In this document: positions 15,119 through 18,744 of the stretch, piece by piece
How positions within the stretch are numbered: position 1 is the first letter of the stretch
Layout of the letters: each line of letters starts with the position of its first letter
From: Pseudomonadota bacterium
GTDB taxonomy: Bacteria > Bdellovibrionota_B > Oligoflexia > Oligoflexales > CAIMVM01
Reading direction: 5' to 3'
NCBI GenBank assembly: GCA_037142195.1
Contig: JBAXBA010000071.1
Location: 1 to 18,744 of the forward strand
DNA length: 18,744 nt
The notes under the pieces: model-generated
Database searches by the model: none
What the model was told of the DNA's origin: nothing
What the model saw: only the letters and a program-made list of their open reading frames with translations
Translations under genes and position numbers: made by a program

Positions 15119-17518
15119 CTATCCTGGTTTCTCGCCAAGAGCATCGAGCTGCATAAATTCGGGCAAAATAAGTTTGGAATCTACTCCATAAATCAGTCTC
15201 AACTTAGAAAGTTCTTCACTTAGAATCCAGTTTTCTAGGGATCTAATTAATGTCAAACTCGCACCCATTTCCACTAAACTTTGGAGAGCCCTCGTATGAT
15301 TAGCAAACAAAAGACTAGCTATTCTTACCAACATCACAGAAAGTGCATCTTCAATTTCTCTTGAACTTAGCTTCTTCAAACTTTCCACAAACTCATACCA
15401 AGCAGCTCGATGTGTGTAATCTAAAGACTTGACCCACTTAACAGAAGGAGACTCTAATTTAGTTTCTGGCCTAGGCTGCAACTGCATATTCACTTGCTCT
15501 GAAATCTTAATAATCTCGTCAACCCTATTAAAAATATAAGTTATTCCTGTAGCCTCTCCTAACCAGCCCAAAGAATCAGCCCAATCATTGACAGGAACTG
15601 CCTCAGCAAAAAAAGGCGCCAGCGGACCAGCTTCCACTCGAGTTAGAGAAGAATACCTTTTCTTAATAGGTCCTAGCCAAGAGAGGGCCTCAAGAGCATG
15701 GGTTAATCTAATGTCTCGCGCGCTAGTCGCCTTCCATTTATAAGCCTTTAAAGACTTATCGACTTCCGGAAGCAAGTCGCGAATTCTCCCTTCTAGATTC
15801 AGAATAGAAATGCAGAGTTTTTTTTGAAAATGTGACAGGTCAAATAGAAAGTACGTCGCATGTGATTTTTGAATATTAGGAACAGAATACAAACTTCTAT
15901 TCTCACCAGAGACAGACCAAGAAGCAACTAAATTTCGGTTCATAAATTGGCGAAAGTTAGCGACGCTGGCGGCTCGCCACATGAGATCGTTCATTTTATT
16001 CTCTTTGGCAACATACCACATCCGTTCAATATCTTGGTTTCGATACCAGACGGACTGACCGAGCATTCGCAATAGAGTTAGATTAAAGCTCTCAGTTCCT
16101 TGAAACTTCGATTGAGCATTAAAAAACTTAATTACTTCGTAATTCTTGTTGGGAACCACATCGAAGTACTCGGCCATTTGACTTGATGTGATCTGGTCAG
16201 GAGTTTTAGATATGGACAATTGAACTTCCATGACTTTCTTTTCTGGCTCACTGAACACAGTCGATGATCTAATGGATTTAGCTGCTGCATCGAGAAGCTG
16301 ATCCCAGTTAAAAGAATAATTTTTCTGACACTCTTTTTGTATTTTGAAAATTCTCCATGCAAATAGCAAATTTTCTTCATACTTTTGTCCGCCACTAACA
16401 AATCTATGCACAAGTGCGACAGCTCGCCAAAAATCTACTTTTTCGTTTTTTAGAGTCGCTCTCATGACAGGATGCCAAATAGAACCATCCAAAGTTGCAT
16501 TATGAAACTGCAATGCATTAGACCTAAATATTCCCTCAAGATTTGGAATGCGGCCCAAAAGATCAAACGCACTTAGACAAACCTCTGCAAACTCTGAAAT
16601 AGCTTCTGGTCGATCTCCTACTAAGGAAAAAGGCTTGACGGCTAGGTGATTAAGAGTTGGTGTGGCATCATGGTATTCTGGAAGAGCTGATCTAATTTGG
16701 TCCAGATAAGATTCAAATACCGCAAGCCGTGCCTCCCAATCTGGATGTGAGAAAATTGCTTTGGCTGCTTGGCTATCAAGTAGGGATCGTTCGTCACTAT
16801 CTATGTTTCTTAAAATTTTAAGTGCATCATTAAATGCGGAGTCACTCACTGGAATATTCTTCAAAATATCACGAACTTTTGAATTGTCTCCTGCTTCAAG
16901 TAGAACCCGAGCTGTAGCAACATAGAAAGCCCCCGATGGATAATCAATCGCTCTGGAGTACATCTGAATGGCACTGACAAGATCGATTTCATGTTGACAA
17001 AAGTAGGTATAGGCACGCCTCTTGTCCATGAGTATATTTTTATATAGAAGTAATCTCTCCGGAAGAATAAGCCACGCTTCATTCATTACTGGTTCCAGTA
17101 TGGAGGCCATTAGTTTGCCATGTTCGTCGAGGAAGTGCTCCGTCACAAGTTTGGCTCTTACTCTTTCATGCATTTCCGAAAATAGCTTCGGCCCATAAGA
17201 TGAGCCTAAGTGAAACCATTCTGGAATATTTTTTTTATTGTCATACAAAACAGCGAGCTCAATACATCGAGTAATAGAATGGGAGTTTTTGGCCTCTTTT
17301 ATCCAAAGCATGAGCTCAGGTTCTAAAATCTTCCAACTTGACTTCTTCTCAACTAGGGCGCGAATTCGCATATCTCTATTTTGCGAGTTTGAAATAACCT
17401 CACAGCCGAGATGTGACAAAACAAATTCTCTAACGCGTTGCTGAATATCGTCAGATAATTCCAATCGCGAAGCAAGACCAATCAAGCCTTGAACTTCAGT
17501 AAGTTTACTTATATCCAC
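15119..17518 (-). CDS. Hypothetical 799-aa alpha-helical (TPR-like) protein
   Basis: Long ORF, GTG start after SD GGGGAGGG; no signal peptide; helical composition; no catalytic motif recognised. Confidence 0.75.
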   Translation of the reverse strand: MDISKLTEVQGLIGLASRLELSDDIQQRVREFVLSHLGCEVISNSQNRDMRIRALVEKKSSWKILEPELMLWIKEAKNSHSITRCIELAVLYDNKKNIPEWFHLGSSYGPKLFSEMHERVRAKLVTEHFLDEHGKLMASILEPVMNEAWLILPERLLLYKNILMDKRRAYTYFCQHEIDLVSAIQMYSRAIDYPSGAFYVATARVLLEAGDNSKVRDILKNIPVSDSAFNDALKILRNIDSDERSLLDSQAAKAIFSHPDWEARLAVFESYLDQIRSALPEYHDATPTLNHLAVKPFSLVGDRPEAISEFAEVCLSAFDLLGRIPNLEGIFRSNALQFHNATLDGSIWHPVMRATLKNEKVDFWRAVALVHRFVSGGQKYEENLLFAWRIFKIQKECQKNYSFNWDQLLDAAAKSIRSSTVFSEPEKKVMEVQLSISKTPDQITSSQMAEYFDVVPNKNYEVIKFFNAQSKFQGTESFNLTLLRMLGQSVWYRNQDIERMWYVAKENKMNDLMWRAASVANFRQFMNRNLVASWSVSGENRSLYSVPNIQKSHATYFLFDLSHFQKKLCISILNLEGRIRDLLPEVDKSLKAYKWKATSARDIRLTHALEALSWLGPIKKRYSSLTRVEAGPLAPFFAEAVPVNDWADSLGWLGEATGITYIFNRVDEIIKISEQVNMQLQPRPETKLESPSVKWVKSLDYTHRAAWYEFVESLKKLSSREIEDALSVMLVRIASLLFANHTRALQSLVEMGASLTLIRSLENWILSEELSKLRLIYGVDSKLILPEFMQLDALGEKPG

Positions 17519-17965
17519 ATCGCCCTCCCCAGAACAGTAGTACTCCGTGACTGCAAGTGAGCAATTGCTATATCCACTTGGCGCGAGTAATTGATTTTAC
17601 CATGCTTAGGCATACTAGGTCTAAGGCTCGTGCCCAACACCAGCCCTTTCCATCTTATTATAGAATGTAAAAGGAGTGCCTCGCATCGAACAAAAGCCCA
17701 TTTAAGGAGCCTAACTCATTAAAATAGCTGAGAACAGCACTGCAATTATAGAAGATCACAAGTCCCCTATAGGAGTTCACATTTATTGAACGAGCTGATT
17801 TTGGGTGGAATTCGAATTTTCCATGAGGTCCTATTCCTCCTATAGAATCAAAATCTTTACAGGACCACACAAGTTTCTGAAAGCACGCAATTAGCCATCC
17901 ATTGCTCGCCGAATCCCACTCTTCTGAAATAGGAAGGAGAATGCGACTTTCCTGCTTAATCCCCC

Positions 17966-17996
17966 AAAAAAAAGCAGCCCTCTAGAAAAGAGCCGC
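17966..17996 (-). terminator. Intrinsic terminator after the sigma54 activator gene
   Basis: Minus strand GCGGCTCTTT-tct-AGAGGGCTGC followed by T8. Confidence 0.8.
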
Positions 17997-18021
17997 CTCA
18001 GGTTTTACGGTTGATCAATCA

Positions 18022-18744
18022 TCAATGATGATATTCTTTGGGATCGATGCCATAACGCTCTAGCTTGCGCAATAAAGTCACCTTGGTCATTTTTGTCGCG
18101 TCGGCGGTACGATTGATTCTGCCGCCATACGCTCTGAGTGCCTTCATAATAAATTCACGCTCAAATTGCTCTTTTAGTTCAGGGAAATTTAGAACTGAGG
18201 AGCTTCCTTCTTTTAAAGGTTCAAATTCGAAGTCAGACTCTGTGGTGGCTCCCTTTCGCTCATCTCCCATGGTTTCGGTCACTCCCCCGATATGCTCAGG
18301 CAAGCTTTCCTCACAAATAACTTCAGAAGGCTCCAAAATAAACGCACGCTCAATAGCGTTCTCTAATTCACGAATATTTCCCGGCCAGCTATATTGACTA
18401 ATGAGCTCAAATGCCTTTGAACTAAGCCCCTTAATTTGTCGACCATGGAGTTTATTGAATCTTTTAATGATAAATTCCACTAAATGACGAAGGTCTTCAC
18501 GGCGTTCTCTAAGTGCCGGTAAATGAATTGGCAAGATGTTTAGGCGGTAGAAAAGGTCCGCTCGAAACTTTTCCGTCTTAATCATGTCTTCTAAAGAACG
18601 GTGAGTTGCTGAAATGATACGGCAATCAATCGAGGTTTCCGATGCGCCTCCAACAGGCATGACCACTTGTTCTTGCAAGGCCCTAAGCAACTTTACCTGT
18701 ACAGCAGGTGAAATATCCCCAATTTCATCTAAGAAAAGAGTGCC
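18022..18744 (-). CDS. Sigma54-dependent transcriptional activator (NtrC/AtoC family), N-terminally truncated by window edge
   Basis: The frame stays open to the window end: GTLFLDEIGD (Walker B), QVKLLRALQE, RIISATHR, FRADLFYRLN, LPALRERRED, WPGNIRELEN and a C-terminal Fis-type HTH. Confidence 0.96.
   Translation of the reverse strand, partial: GTLFLDEIGDISPAVQVKLLRALQEQVVMPVGGASETSIDCRIISATHRSLEDMIKTEKFRADLFYRLNILPIHLPALRERREDLRHLVEFIIKRFNKLHGRQIKGLSSKAFELISQYSWPGNIRELENAIERAFILEPSEVICEESLPEHIGGVTETMGDERKGATTESDFEFEPLKEGSSSVLNFPELKEQFEREFIMKALRAYGGRINRTADATKMTKVTLLRKLERYGIDPKEYHH

Noticed and set aside
17579..17636. Sigma54 promoter-like TGGCGCG (+) and GGGCACG (-) sites
   Set aside because: No GC at the required -12 position.
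17941..17985. 14-codon ORF MRLSCLIPQKKAAL after AGGAAGGAG
   Set aside because: It runs antisense through a terminator and has no other coding support.
358..18397. Remaining short ORFs in the track (e.g. 358-576, 678-881, 6172-6576, 7236-7523, 10142-10543, 11360-11758, 12736-13038, 17658-17870, 18065-18397)
   Set aside because: Antisense or alternate-frame shadows of well-supported genes, or lacking an SD and protein-like features.

Overview
AT-rich bacterial chromosomal segment; the gene content (many exported Cys-rich orphans, FecR and PP2C sensors, DUF1573) suggests Bdellovibrionota/Oligoflexia, but this is inference only. Recognisable genes are ridA, a 2TM-HAMP-PP2C (SpoIIE-type) phosphatase coupled to a FecR-domain protein, ffh-miaB, a DUF1573 protein, an alpha/beta hydrolase and a truncated sigma54 activator, interspersed with uncharacterised envelope proteins. 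The most striking feature is an orphan T4 gp19/eCIS-type tail-tube homologue (718-1158). It carries an N-terminal export signal, lacks the long inter-ring loop, has its own sigma70 promoter and overlaps a Cys-rich lipoprotein gene; no sheath, baseplate or other phage gene lies in the window, so it may be a domesticated envelope or surface tube/ring system. Also found: a 37-aa membrane microprotein missed by the ORF track, in-frame tandem repeats in the FecR linker, and a repeated palindromic element upstream of ffh. No rRNA, tRNA, CRISPR array or transposase was recognised. All family assignments come from motif recognition by eye, not database searches.
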